A DNA stretch of 64,000 nucleotides from positions 896,001-960,000 of the forward strand of contig OZ219920.1 of NCBI GenBank assembly GCA_964291415.2, read 5' to 3'. The notes under the pieces are model-generated. The model had not been told where the DNA came from. It saw only the letters and a program-made list of their open reading frames with translations, and ran no database searches. Position 1 is the first letter of the stretch. Each line of letters starts with the position of its first letter. A program made the position numbers and the translations under genes. Shown here in pieces: positions 29,490 through 38,852 of the stretch. This DNA comes from Alphaproteobacteria bacterium (lineage in GTDB: Bacteria > Pseudomonadota > Alphaproteobacteria > SP197).

Positions 29490-30422
29490 TCAGCCGCCCC
29501 CGGCGATCATGCCGTGCCGCCGGCGTCCGTCAATGTCCGCGCCTGCGTTTCGGTCGGGCTTCCCCTGAATGCGAACAACCTGAGCGATCGCCAGGATGGC
29601 GGCCTCCAGGAGACGCGCCGTGGCTGCCATGCCCGCAGTGGGCTCGACGGCCATCTCATCGAGATAGAGTCGCCGGTCGACTTCGATCTGGATGGCGTGC
29701 ATCCCGAGATCCGGTCTGCCGTAGCGCATGGTGATATGGCCGCCCGGATAGGGATTGTTGCGGCGGACCGTTGCCCCCTGAGCCTGCAGGGCCTCGGTGG
29801 CTGCCCGCGACACCGCTGGCGCGCACGACGTTCCGAACCGGTCACCGAGCACGATGTCGACGGGTTTGCGGTCGCAGGCGGGGCGGGAGGTCGGCATGGA
29901 GTGACAGTCGATCAGGCAGACGGCGCCGAACAGCCGACGGGTTTCGTCGATCAGGCTTTCGAGCGCGGCGTGATAGGGAGTGTAACAGCTGGCAATCCGG
30001 CGTTGCGCTTCGCTCGCCGGCAACCTCGAGCGGTAGATTTCCTGGCCTCCCGCGACGACACGCGGGATGATCCCCAGCCCCGCCCTGACGCGCGGGCTGC
30101 CGTGTCCCGGCGTGGCGCTCATCCGTCCCTCGAACATGGTGCAGTCGAGTTCGCCCGGCTCGCGGTTGACATCGATCCAGGCGCGGGGAAAGAGCGCCGA
30201 TATGGTGGGGGCGCCCAGCGCCGGTACACCGGAAATGAGGCGATCGACGAAGGCATCCTCGGAGCGGCGGATTGCCTGGCTGTCAAGCCGCGTCATCTCG
30301 AGAAACGAGGGATCATAGTTTCGGCCGCTGTGTGGCGACGAGACCAGCACCGGCAGGGTCTGGCGATCCGGATTGATGACCTCGAGGACCTGCAGCCCGC
30401 CATTATCGTTTGCGCGTGTCAC
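29490..30422 (-). CDS. hutG: N-formylglutamate amidohydrolase family protein
   Basis: SSPHSG, SEDAFVD, IDVNRE, PYH, IDCHSMP, LGDRFG, HAIQIEVDR. Confidence 0.88.
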   Translation of the reverse strand: MTRANDNGGLQVLEVINPDRQTLPVLVSSPHSGRNYDPSFLEMTRLDSQAIRRSEDAFVDRLISGVPALGAPTISALFPRAWIDVNREPGELDCTMFEGRMSATPGHGSPRVRAGLGIIPRVVAGGQEIYRSRLPASEAQRRIASCYTPYHAALESLIDETRRLFGAVCLIDCHSMPTSRPACDRKPVDIVLGDRFGTSCAPAVSRAATEALQAQGATVRRNNPYPGGHITMRYGRPDLGMHAIQIEVDRRLYLDEMAVEPTAGMAATARLLEAAILAIAQVVRIQGKPDRNAGADIDGRRRHGMIAGGG

Positions 30423-30521
30423 CGGACCGGTTTAGATTACGCACATGTCGTTGTCACGCATCGAGTGGAGAGTCGGTGTGCCGGGTTGTCTGGGCAACCG
30501 GTGCGGGCGGACATAGGGCCG

Positions 30522-30881
30522 ATGGCACGTATTCTCCTGGTCGCGCAGGACGACGTGCTACGGGGATATCTGGCAAAGCGGCTGTTGAGACAGGGACATG
30601 TTGTCTCGCCGATGGCAAACGCGCGCGAAGCGATCGCATGGCTCGTGCCGGGGGCATTCAGGATCCTCATCACCGAAGCGAGAATGGATGACATCGATGG
30701 ACCGGAACTGGCCAGACGCGCGGTGGCGACCGTCCCGGGCCTGCGCATCCTCTTTCTGGACGGATTCGGTGTCCTGGCATTGCGCCAGGGAGCTCTGCCT
30801 GCCCTTGACGAAGCATGCCTGCTCCCGCGTTTCCATCTCAACAGCATCATTGGCGAGATCGACAATCTTCTCGCCGCGTGA
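30522..30881 (+). CDS. cpdR: Single-domain receiver protein, CpdR-like but degenerate (pseudo-receiver)
   Basis: 119 aa; MARILL..DD, DGPELARRA, GF..LAL, FHL..I..EID.LLAA; divergent from the hutG-like gene as recalled for alphaproteobacterial cpdR loci. Confidence 0.7.
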   Translation: MARILLVAQDDVLRGYLAKRLLRQGHVVSPMANAREAIAWLVPGAFRILITEARMDDIDGPELARRAVATVPGLRILFLDGFGVLALRQGALPALDEACLLPRFHLNSIIGEIDNLLAA

Positions 30882-30923
30882 CGACCTCTTGCCGGTGGCT
30901 GGTCGGCATCCGGGGTGCGGACC

Positions 30924-32099
30924 ATGACACGCGAGCAGAACTTCTCCACCATCGAAGATGCGATTGCCGAGATTTCCGCGGGCAGACCCGTCGTCGTCGT
31001 TGACGACGAGCACCGGGAGAATGAGGGCGATCTCATCATGGCCGCAGGGAAGGCAACGCCGGACCTGGTCGCCTTCTTTGTCCGCCATACAGCCGGTGTC
31101 ATCTGCGTTCCCATGGAAGGAGAACGCCTTGATGAACTCGAGCTGCCGCAAATGGTGCAGCACAACACCGAACAGCACCGCACGGCCTTCACGGTGTCCG
31201 TGGACTACCGTTTCGGGACGACCACCGGCATTTCGGCAGAAGACCGGGCACGGACCATCCGGGCCCTTGCCGGAGACGGCGGCAACAGGCGTGTCGATGC
31301 GGCGAGTTTTGCCAGGCCCGGGCACATCTTTCCGTTGCGCGCGCGAGAAGGCGGTGTCCTGACCCGCGCCGGTCATACCGAGGCGGCCGTCGACCTGGCG
31401 CGGCTCGCCGGGTGTGCTCCGGCCGGCATGATCTGCGAGATCGTCAACGACCGGGGCGCCCTCATGCGTCTGCCGGACCTGCTGCCTTTTGCCAGCGAGA
31501 ACGGACTGGCCGTCATCTCCATAGCCGATCTCATCGCCTATCGGCGGCGCACCGAACGCCTGGTTACGCTCATCGACCGCGCTCCCTTTGAAACCAGGCA
31601 CGGTCCCTTCGAGGTCTTCGTCTATCGTTCGGAGATCGACAACACGGAACATCTCGCCCTCGTGAAGGGGGACATCCGCTCTTCCGGTGACGGCGTTCTG
31701 GTCAGGGTTCACGCAGCGAGCGCCATCGACGATGTCTTTGGCACGGTGAGGGGCGCGGGGCGCAGTCTCGTGGACATTGCGCTGGAGCGGCTCGCCCGGG
31801 AACCGGCTTCCGTCTTTCTCTACCTGCGCGGACCGCAGGGCTGGGGCCTCGGTTTCGGACGTCGCCGGATCTACGGAGACGCGGATGGGGACCGTAACGA
31901 CGTCCTGCACGGGCTCGACTGGCGGCAGTATGGCACGGGGGCCCAGATCCTGCATGACCTTGGCCTGCGCACCATACGCATCCTGACCAACAATCCGGCG
32001 CCCTACAGGGCCATCGAGGGCTACGGACTTGCCATCCTCGGCAAGGAACCCTTCGTCGATGCGGCGGCCGGTTCTGACTCTCTCGTGCACAACGCCTGA
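30924..32099 (+). CDS. ribB: 3,4-dihydroxy-2-butanone-4-phosphate synthase fused to a degenerate GTP cyclohydrolase II domain (RibBX-type)
   Basis: DDEHRENEGD, TTGISAEDR, RAGHTEAAVDL; C-terminal LVRVHAAS lacks the Zn-binding cysteines. Confidence 0.88.
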   Translation: MTREQNFSTIEDAIAEISAGRPVVVVDDEHRENEGDLIMAAGKATPDLVAFFVRHTAGVICVPMEGERLDELELPQMVQHNTEQHRTAFTVSVDYRFGTTTGISAEDRARTIRALAGDGGNRRVDAASFARPGHIFPLRAREGGVLTRAGHTEAAVDLARLAGCAPAGMICEIVNDRGALMRLPDLLPFASENGLAVISIADLIAYRRRTERLVTLIDRAPFETRHGPFEVFVYRSEIDNTEHLALVKGDIRSSGDGVLVRVHAASAIDDVFGTVRGAGRSLVDIALERLAREPASVFLYLRGPQGWGLGFGRRRIYGDADGDRNDVLHGLDWRQYGTGAQILHDLGLRTIRILTNNPAPYRAIEGYGLAILGKEPFVDAAAGSDSLVHNA

Positions 32100-32107
32100 C
32101 CGGAGCC

Positions 32108-33187
32108 ATGCCCTTCACGGTGCGACGCGCGGTTCGCGAGATGGCGGCGTATGTCTCCGGCGAGTCTGCCGGAGACATGATTCAGCTGGGTTTCAACGAA
32201 TCCGCCTTTCCCGCCAGTCCGCAGGCCATCGAGGCCGCGCGTCAGGCGTGTCGCGACATCCGCAGGTACAACGACGAGAACTATACGGCACTGAAGAGGG
32301 CGCTGGCCGACCATCACGGTCTCGACGAGGACCGCATCATCTGCGGCGCCGGTTCGATGGACATCATGCGCGACCTGGCAGGGTGCTGCCTGGAGCCCGG
32401 GCGCACACTCGTGACCGGACGATTGAGCTACGCCTTCCCTGCCGTTCTCGCCCGTGCGGCGGGAGCCGATGTGAGGCTGGTCGAGGACTCATCGTTCACG
32501 CATGACATCGATGCCTTCATCGACGCCGTCACCGACAGCAGCGCCGTCCTCTACATCGCCACTCCCAACAACCCCACCGGCACATCGGTCAGTCTGGATG
32601 CCATGCGCCACCTTGCGGAGGCGATGCCCGACCACGTGCTGCTGCTCATCGATGCGGCCTACGCCGACTATGTCACCACCCCGTCTGCAGCGTCGCCTGA
32701 TGTCCTGGTGGACGAAGGGTACAATGCTGCCGTTCTTCACACGTTCTCCAAGGTCCACGGCCTGGCGGGCCTGCGAACCGGCTGGGCCTATGCCGGACGT
32801 CATGTCGTCGAGGCGGTGGCGAAGGTCCGGTTGCCGGCCGTTCTTTCCGCACCGGCCATGGCGGCGGCCATCGCCTCGCTTGCCGATACCGCCCACACAA
32901 CCGGTGTCGTGCAGCAGACACGTGTTCTCAGGGAGCGGACGGGGGCACGGCTCGCCGAACTCGGCCTTGATGTCACGCCTGGTGACGGCAACTTTCTCAT
33001 GGCCGGACTGCCGCAGTCTGTCGCCATGGACGCCGAGACACTCTATCAGCGGGTGAAGGCGCGCGGCGTCCTTCTCAGGCGCCTCGCCAATTTCGGCCTC
33101 GACCGGCATGTCAGGATCACCATCGGTCCTCCCGACGACATGGCGGCGCTCGATCGAGTTCTCGTGGAGGTGCTGGCCGACGCGTGA
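32108..33187 (+). CDS. hisC: Histidinol-phosphate aminotransferase-like PLP enzyme
   Basis: LGFNES, PNNPTG, IDAAY, TFSKVHGLAGLRTG, RITIG. Confidence 0.8.
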   Translation: MPFTVRRAVREMAAYVSGESAGDMIQLGFNESAFPASPQAIEAARQACRDIRRYNDENYTALKRALADHHGLDEDRIICGAGSMDIMRDLAGCCLEPGRTLVTGRLSYAFPAVLARAAGADVRLVEDSSFTHDIDAFIDAVTDSSAVLYIATPNNPTGTSVSLDAMRHLAEAMPDHVLLLIDAAYADYVTTPSAASPDVLVDEGYNAAVLHTFSKVHGLAGLRTGWAYAGRHVVEAVAKVRLPAVLSAPAMAAAIASLADTAHTTGVVQQTRVLRERTGARLAELGLDVTPGDGNFLMAGLPQSVAMDAETLYQRVKARGVLLRRLANFGLDRHVRITIGPPDDMAALDRVLVEVLADA

Positions 33188-33223
33188 CCCATGCGCTGGC
33201 CGCCAGACAACAGGAAAGGGAAG

Positions 33224-34162
33224 ATGCCGATGCTTCGACGTGACAAGGTTATCATCACCTGTGCCGTGACCGGATCCATACATACCCCGACGATGAGTCC
33301 GTGGTTGCCGGTCACGCCGCAGGAGATTGCCGATGCATCGATCGGCGCGTGGGAAGCCGGTGCGTCGATCATTCATCTCCATGCCCGCAATTCCGACGGC
33401 AGCCCGACTCCCGATCCCGACGTCTTCATGGAGTTCCTGCCGCGCATCAAGCAGTCGACCGACGCCGTCATCAACATCTCTACCGGCGGAGGACACGGCA
33501 TGTCTCTCGACGAGCGCCTTGCAGGGGCGCTGAGAGCGAGTCCGGAGATGACGTCGCTCAACATGGGATCCATGAACTTCGGCCTCTTCCCCATTCTCGA
33601 CAAGATCACGGACTTTCGTCATGACTGGGAGAGGCGCCACCTGGAAAACTCGAGAGATTTCATTTTCCGTAACACGTTCAAGGATATCGAGCACATCCTC
33701 AAGGTGCTTGGTGAAGAGCGCGGCGTGCGTTTCGAATTCGAGTGCTACGATATCGGTCACCTCTACACGCTGGCCCACTTCCTTGACCGGGGCCTGGTCA
33801 GGCCGCCTCTCTTCGTACAGTCGATTTTCGGCATTCTCGGTGGTATCGGCGCCGATGAGGAGAATCTCATGCACGCCCGGCGCATCGCCGACAAGCTCTT
33901 CGGGGACACCTACCATTGGTCGGTGCTGGCAGCAGGGCGCCATCAGATGAACTTCGTCACCATGGCGGCCATGCTTGGCGGCAATGTCCGGGTGGGACTG
34001 GAAGACAGCCTCTACATCGCGAAGGGCGAGTTGGCGAAGTCGAACCGCGACCAGGTCGCCAAGATACGGCGCATCATCGAGGATCTTTCCCTCGAGGTGG
34101 CGAGCCCGGCCGAGGCCCGCGGCATGCTGTCTCTCAAGGGCGGCGACATGGTGGGGTTCTGA
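33224..34162 (+). CDS. Beta-keto acid cleavage enzyme (BKACE/DUF849, 3-keto-5-aminohexanoate cleavage family)
   Basis: IITCAVTG, IIHLHAR, SLNMGSMNF, EFECYD.GH, NVRVGLEDS. Confidence 0.92.
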   Translation: MPMLRRDKVIITCAVTGSIHTPTMSPWLPVTPQEIADASIGAWEAGASIIHLHARNSDGSPTPDPDVFMEFLPRIKQSTDAVINISTGGGHGMSLDERLAGALRASPEMTSLNMGSMNFGLFPILDKITDFRHDWERRHLENSRDFIFRNTFKDIEHILKVLGEERGVRFEFECYDIGHLYTLAHFLDRGLVRPPLFVQSIFGILGGIGADEENLMHARRIADKLFGDTYHWSVLAAGRHQMNFVTMAAMLGGNVRVGLEDSLYIAKGELAKSNRDQVAKIRRIIEDLSLEVASPAEARGMLSLKGGDMVGF

Positions 34163-34224
34163 TCTGCAGGCCTGAAGCCCGCGCCACGTCCTCCTGCCTT
34201 CGCGCGAACCTGCGGGACTGCTGA

Positions 34225-35130
34225 TCACGGCCTTCGCCGCTTTCCCCTGTGGCTGATGCGGGGATCGAGTGAATCGCGCAGGCCGTCACCGAGGTAGTTG
34301 ACGGACAGCACCGTCAGCGAGATCGCCAGGCCCGGCCACATCACGCGGCCCGGATACTGCTGCAGATAGTCGGTGGCGTCGAAGAGCAGGCGACCCCAGG
34401 TCGCGAAGTCCGAAGGAAAGCCCAGTCCGAGAAAGGAGAGGGCCGATTCCGTGATGATCGCATTGGCGATCCCGAGTGTCGCGGAGACCGTCATGGGGGA
34501 GAGAACATTCGGCAGGATGTGACGGCGGACAATGCGCCGGGGCGGTGTGCCGACGGAACGCGCTGCGGTGACGAAGTCACGTTCCCGCAGCGTGAGCACC
34601 TCACCCCTGACGACACGCGCGGTCTGCATCCAGCTGGTGATGCCGATCACGACGACGACCATCATGAAGATGCCGGCCTCCTGTCCGAACAGGTTCCGCA
34701 GGGTGTCGCGAAACAGGAGAATGATCACCAGCACGAGGGGAAGGAGAGGGAGCGCCAGGAAGAGGTCCGTGAGACGCATCAGCACCCCGTCGAGCCAGCG
34801 CACGAAGCCGGCGAGGATTCCGATCGCTCCGCCGATGGCAAGCGAGAGCAGCATGGCGGCCATGCCGACCGCCAGCGATGCCCGGCCGCCCTCCATCATG
34901 CGTGCAAGCATGTCCCTCCCGAGCTGATCCGTCCCCAGGGGGTGATCGAGGCTCATCGCGGCGTTGCGGTCGCGGATGTCGACAAGCTGTGGGTCGAGCG
35001 TCCAGACGAGCGGACCGAAGAGGACCACGGTCAGGATAACGAGGAAGAACCCGCCGCCCAGAACGGCGCTCTTTTGTCCCGCAAGCCGGGCCCAGGCCTC
35101 AAGGCGCCGCACATGCCGCGCCTCAGCCAT
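34225..35130 (-). CDS. oppC: Oligopeptide ABC transporter permease
   Basis: HPLGTDQLGRD, FVTAARSVG, HILPN, ESALSFLGLG. Confidence 0.9.
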   Translation of the reverse strand: MAEARHVRRLEAWARLAGQKSAVLGGGFFLVILTVVLFGPLVWTLDPQLVDIRDRNAAMSLDHPLGTDQLGRDMLARMMEGGRASLAVGMAAMLLSLAIGGAIGILAGFVRWLDGVLMRLTDLFLALPLLPLVLVIILLFRDTLRNLFGQEAGIFMMVVVVIGITSWMQTARVVRGEVLTLRERDFVTAARSVGTPPRRIVRRHILPNVLSPMTVSATLGIANAIITESALSFLGLGFPSDFATWGRLLFDATDYLQQYPGRVMWPGLAISLTVLSVNYLGDGLRDSLDPRISHRGKRRRP

Positions 35131-36130
35131 AGCGGATTCTCGGGTCGAGAATGCCGAGCAGGAGGTCGGCGACAAGATTGAAGAGAATGATGAGCACGGC
35201 GAAGATGAAGGTCAGGGTCTGCACCATCGGCAGGTCGTTCGCCTGGATCGCGGTGATGAGGAGGTGACCGAGTCCGTTCACCTTGAAGACCTGTTCCGTG
35301 ATGATGGCGCCGCCGAAGATTCCCGGCACACCCAGCGCGATGACCGTCACCACGGGGCCAAGCGAGTTGCGAAGGACGTGCACGAGGAGTACCCGCCGCT
35401 CGGGCATTCCCTTGGCGCGCGCCGTGCGCACGTAGTCCAGATGGAGATTGTCCAGTGTCGATGCCCGCATGAATCGGCTGATCTGGGCGGCGTTGAAAAG
35501 GGCAAGGACCGAGACAGGCAGCACCATCTGGCGGATCTGGTGGAGGAAACTCTCCAGGTCCGTCACCCGGTGCGTGGTGTCATAGATCGAGGGAAACCAG
35601 CCCAGGTGAACCGAAAAGATGACGATGAGAAGAACGCCGCTGAAGAAGGTCGGCACGGAGAATCCGACCATGGAGACGAACGTCCCGATCTGGTCGAACC
35701 AGCCGTTGCTGCGCCACGCCGAGACGATGCCGACCGGCACGGCGATGAGAATGCCGACGACATAGGAAAGGCCGACCACCCAGAGGGTCTGCGGCATGCG
35801 CTCGAGGACGATGTCGACCACGGGCGATCGGGATTGCCAGGATATCACGCGAGGACGCTCGCCGGCGACGTCGAACCCCGTGAGGCTCGAGATGAGATGC
35901 AGGGGTTCGTTGACGAAGAACTGGTTGAGCCAGAAAGCGTACCGGATGTGAATCGGTTCACCCAGGCCCAGTGACAGGCGGATCTTCTCCCTGACCTCGA
36001 CGGGGATGGTCAGCGGCAGACTTGCCGTGGGGTCGCCTGGAGCGAGGTCAAGGAGAAGAAAGAGGATGACACTGATGAACAGCAGGGTCGGTACGGCGAA
36101 CGCCAGCCTGCGCAACGTGTAGTGAAACAC
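35123..36130 (-). CDS. oppB: Oligopeptide ABC transporter permease
   Basis: APGDP, DYVRTARAKG, HVLRNS, ITEQVF. Confidence 0.9.
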   Translation of the reverse strand: MFHYTLRRLAFAVPTLLFISVILFLLLDLAPGDPTASLPLTIPVEVREKIRLSLGLGEPIHIRYAFWLNQFFVNEPLHLISSLTGFDVAGERPRVISWQSRSPVVDIVLERMPQTLWVVGLSYVVGILIAVPVGIVSAWRSNGWFDQIGTFVSMVGFSVPTFFSGVLLIVIFSVHLGWFPSIYDTTHRVTDLESFLHQIRQMVLPVSVLALFNAAQISRFMRASTLDNLHLDYVRTARAKGMPERRVLLVHVLRNSLGPVVTVIALGVPGIFGGAIITEQVFKVNGLGHLLITAIQANDLPMVQTLTFIFAVLIILFNLVADLLLGILDPRIRYG

Positions 36131-36165
36131 GGTGCCGTTCCGTCACCGGCGAGCCGTCCCCGATG

Positions 36166-37863
36166 TCACCGGATCCGGTACCAGTCGGCGATGTTCCAGA
36201 GTTCGCTGTCCCATGTGTTGAGCAGCACTCCACCCAGCGACGCGGCGTGGGCGGACACCCGCCCCCGATGAACGAGCGGGATCAGCACGTAGTCCTGCAT
36301 CAGCATGTCGTTCATCATTCTGCCAAGACGGGCCCGTTCCTCCGGCTCGCCGGTCCGCGCCAACTCGTCCACCAGAGCGTCGTAGGTGGCGTTGCAGTAG
36401 CGTGGAATGTTCTGGCCCTGCCACTGGGTATCGGGCCGTGGCTCGTTGCCGCATCGCCAGCCGGCGAGGTAGGGCTCCGGATCGGTCCCGTCGAAGCCGT
36501 TGGCGTACATCTGGATGTCGGCAAGAAACTTGAGATAGGTGTCCGGGTTTCCGGGGTCGCCGCCGAAGAACACCGATGCGTCGATGTTGCGCAGCTCCGT
36601 TTCGACCCCGATCCGGGACCACCAGTGCTTGATGAGGGCCTGGAAGTCCTGGCGCACGGCGTTGGTTGAGGTCTGGTAGACGATCGACAGGCGCACGCCG
36701 TCCTTCTGACGGATGCCGTCCGCGCCGGGCAGCCACCCCGCCTCGTCGAGAAGGCGGTTCGCACCATCGATATCCTGAACAAGGCACTCGTCATTGGCGG
36801 TCGACGTGTAGGGCGCTGGCGCGGGCACGATGTTGCAGGTCGTGCGTCCGGCCGGGCCGTAGCCGATCTCGACAAGGGTCGTACGATCGATGGCCATGGA
36901 AAGCGCCTTGCGGACCGCCTGGTCGGACAGCACGGGATGGGGATGTGTCCGTGTCGAGCGCTCGTCGCCGAGACCGGGCGACGGATCGGTGAGATTGACG
37001 ATGAGGCGTTCGACGAGGGTTCCGAAACCGGAAACCACGGCTCCCAGCCCGGCGTCCTGCATGCCCTCGAGAACATCGGGCGCGAGCTGCAGGTTCCAGG
37101 CGTAGTCGAATTCACCGGTTTCGAGGACTGCGCGTCCCGCCGATGCGGCATCGCCCCCGCCCTTCAGGGTCACGGTGCCAAAGGCCGGTTTCGACGGATC
37201 GCGGTAGTGGGGGTTGGCTTCCAGGGAGATGACATCGTTGGACCGGAACTCCACGACCCTGAACGGGCCCGTGCCGATCGGGTTGAAGTTGGCGTCGGTG
37301 CACTCCGGCGCCCGCGCGCCCGTGCACTCGGCAAACTGCGCCTTCTGGAGGATCGGCGAATTGGCGCCGACGAAGGGACCGTATGGGTAGGGCTTGGCAA
37401 CGCCGAAGGTGACCCTGACGGTCTTCTCGTCGACCGCAGCGACATCGACGACATCGTTGAACTGCGTCAGACCGGAGCACCCTCCGGCCGGATCGAGACA
37501 GTAGTGCGCCGTGAACACCACATCGGCCGATGTCACGGGGCTTCCATCGGACCAGACGAGGTCGTCGCGCAAGGTCCAGGTGATGGTTGTCAGGTCGTCG
37601 GATACGCCTCCGTTGGTGACGGTCGGCACGCTTTCGGCCAGCCAGGGCACAAGAGTGCCGGTCTCGTCGTGGCGGGCCAGAGGTTCGAGAATCAACGATG
37701 CCGCCTCCAGATCCTTGGTGCCGCCGGAAAGGTAGGGATTGAGGATCGACGGCGCCTGCCAGTAGAGGATGCCGACATGGCCGTCACGACCTCTCTCGGC
37801 CTTCGCCGTGGCGGATGCAAGAATGAAAGCGGTTGCAAGGATGACCGGGATGATTCTGTTCAT
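36166..37863 (-). CDS. oppA: Peptide ABC transporter substrate-binding protein (family 5)
   Basis: Sec signal MNRIIPVILATAFILASATAKA; LVPWLAES, WSDGSPVTSADVVFT, PIGTGPF, VRKALSMAIDR. Confidence 0.9.
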   Translation of the reverse strand: MNRIIPVILATAFILASATAKAERGRDGHVGILYWQAPSILNPYLSGGTKDLEAASLILEPLARHDETGTLVPWLAESVPTVTNGGVSDDLTTITWTLRDDLVWSDGSPVTSADVVFTAHYCLDPAGGCSGLTQFNDVVDVAAVDEKTVRVTFGVAKPYPYGPFVGANSPILQKAQFAECTGARAPECTDANFNPIGTGPFRVVEFRSNDVISLEANPHYRDPSKPAFGTVTLKGGGDAASAGRAVLETGEFDYAWNLQLAPDVLEGMQDAGLGAVVSGFGTLVERLIVNLTDPSPGLGDERSTRTHPHPVLSDQAVRKALSMAIDRTTLVEIGYGPAGRTTCNIVPAPAPYTSTANDECLVQDIDGANRLLDEAGWLPGADGIRQKDGVRLSIVYQTSTNAVRQDFQALIKHWWSRIGVETELRNIDASVFFGGDPGNPDTYLKFLADIQMYANGFDGTDPEPYLAGWRCGNEPRPDTQWQGQNIPRYCNATYDALVDELARTGEPEERARLGRMMNDMLMQDYVLIPLVHRGRVSAHAASLGGVLLNTWDSELWNIADWYRIR

Positions 37864-38852
37864 GATGTGTGTGGTTCCAGGGTTGGTGGGTGGAGATGGC
37901 AGGCGACGCGATGGTCCGTTGCGACAGTCGCGAGAGGCGGCGCCCTCTGGCCGCACACGGCGGTCGCCATCGGGCAGCGACTCCGGAACACGCACCCCGA
38001 AAGAGACTCGCTTGCCGACGGACTTTCGCCCTCGAGCACGATCCGCCGCCGCCGCGCCGCGCCGGGCATGGGCGGCACGGCGGACATGAGGGCCTGGGTA
38101 TAGGGGTGCAGCGGGGCGTCGAAGAGCACGTCGACCGGTGCATGCTCGACAATCCTTCCCAGATACATGACGGCGACATCGTCGGCCATGTGGCGGATCA
38201 TGCCGAGGTCGTGGCTGATGAACAGGTAGGCCAGTGCATGCTCGTCCTGGAGGTCCTTCAGGAGGTTCACGATCTGCGCCTGGACGGAGAAGTCGAGGCT
38301 GGCGATCGGTTCGTCGCAGACGATCAGCCGGGGTTTGAGCGCCAGGGCCCGCGCGATCCCGATCCTCTGGCACTGCCCTCCCGAAAACTCGTGGGGGAAA
38401 CGGTCGTCCCATGCCCTCAGGAGGCCGACGGCATCCATCAACCGATGGACGGCGCGGATACGTTCGCGACGTGCCGGTTTTCCGTTCTCGTCAAGGGGCT
38501 CGGCGATGATGTCGGCGACACTGAGGCGCGGATTGAGGCACGACAGGGGATCCTGGAAGATCATCTGCATCCTGGGACGGATTTCTCTGAGTTCGCGCGA
38601 CCGTGCGGACGTGACGTCGACGCCCTCCAGGGTGACCGTGCCCGAGGTGATGTCCACCAGGCGGAGCAGCGCGCGTCCGGTGGTCGTCTTGCCGGAACCC
38701 GACTCGCCCACGAGTCCCAAGGTCCTGCCACGTCCGATGGAAAACGAGACACCGTCGACGGCCCGCACGTGGCCGGTGGTGCGCCGCAGGAGTCCCGAGG
38801 TCACGGGAAAGTGAACCCTGAGGTCCTTCACCTCGAGAAGTTCAGGGGTCAT
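37860..38852 (-). CDS. oppF: Oligopeptide ABC transporter ATPase
   Basis: VRAVDGVSF, GESGSGKTT, FSGGQCQR, VCDEP, HPYT. Confidence 0.9.
   Translation of the reverse strand: MTPELLEVKDLRVHFPVTSGLLRRTTGHVRAVDGVSFSIGRGRTLGLVGESGSGKTTTGRALLRLVDITSGTVTLEGVDVTSARSRELREIRPRMQMIFQDPLSCLNPRLSVADIIAEPLDENGKPARRERIRAVHRLMDAVGLLRAWDDRFPHEFSGGQCQRIGIARALALKPRLIVCDEPIASLDFSVQAQIVNLLKDLQDEHALAYLFISHDLGMIRHMADDVAVMYLGRIVEHAPVDVLFDAPLHPYTQALMSAVPPMPGAARRRRIVLEGESPSASESLSGCVFRSRCPMATAVCGQRAPPLATVATDHRVACHLHPPTLEPHTS

Noticed and set aside
30882-30923. tRNA gene that I recall often follows cpdR
   Set aside because: Only ~40 bp separate the genes and no cloverleaf is visible
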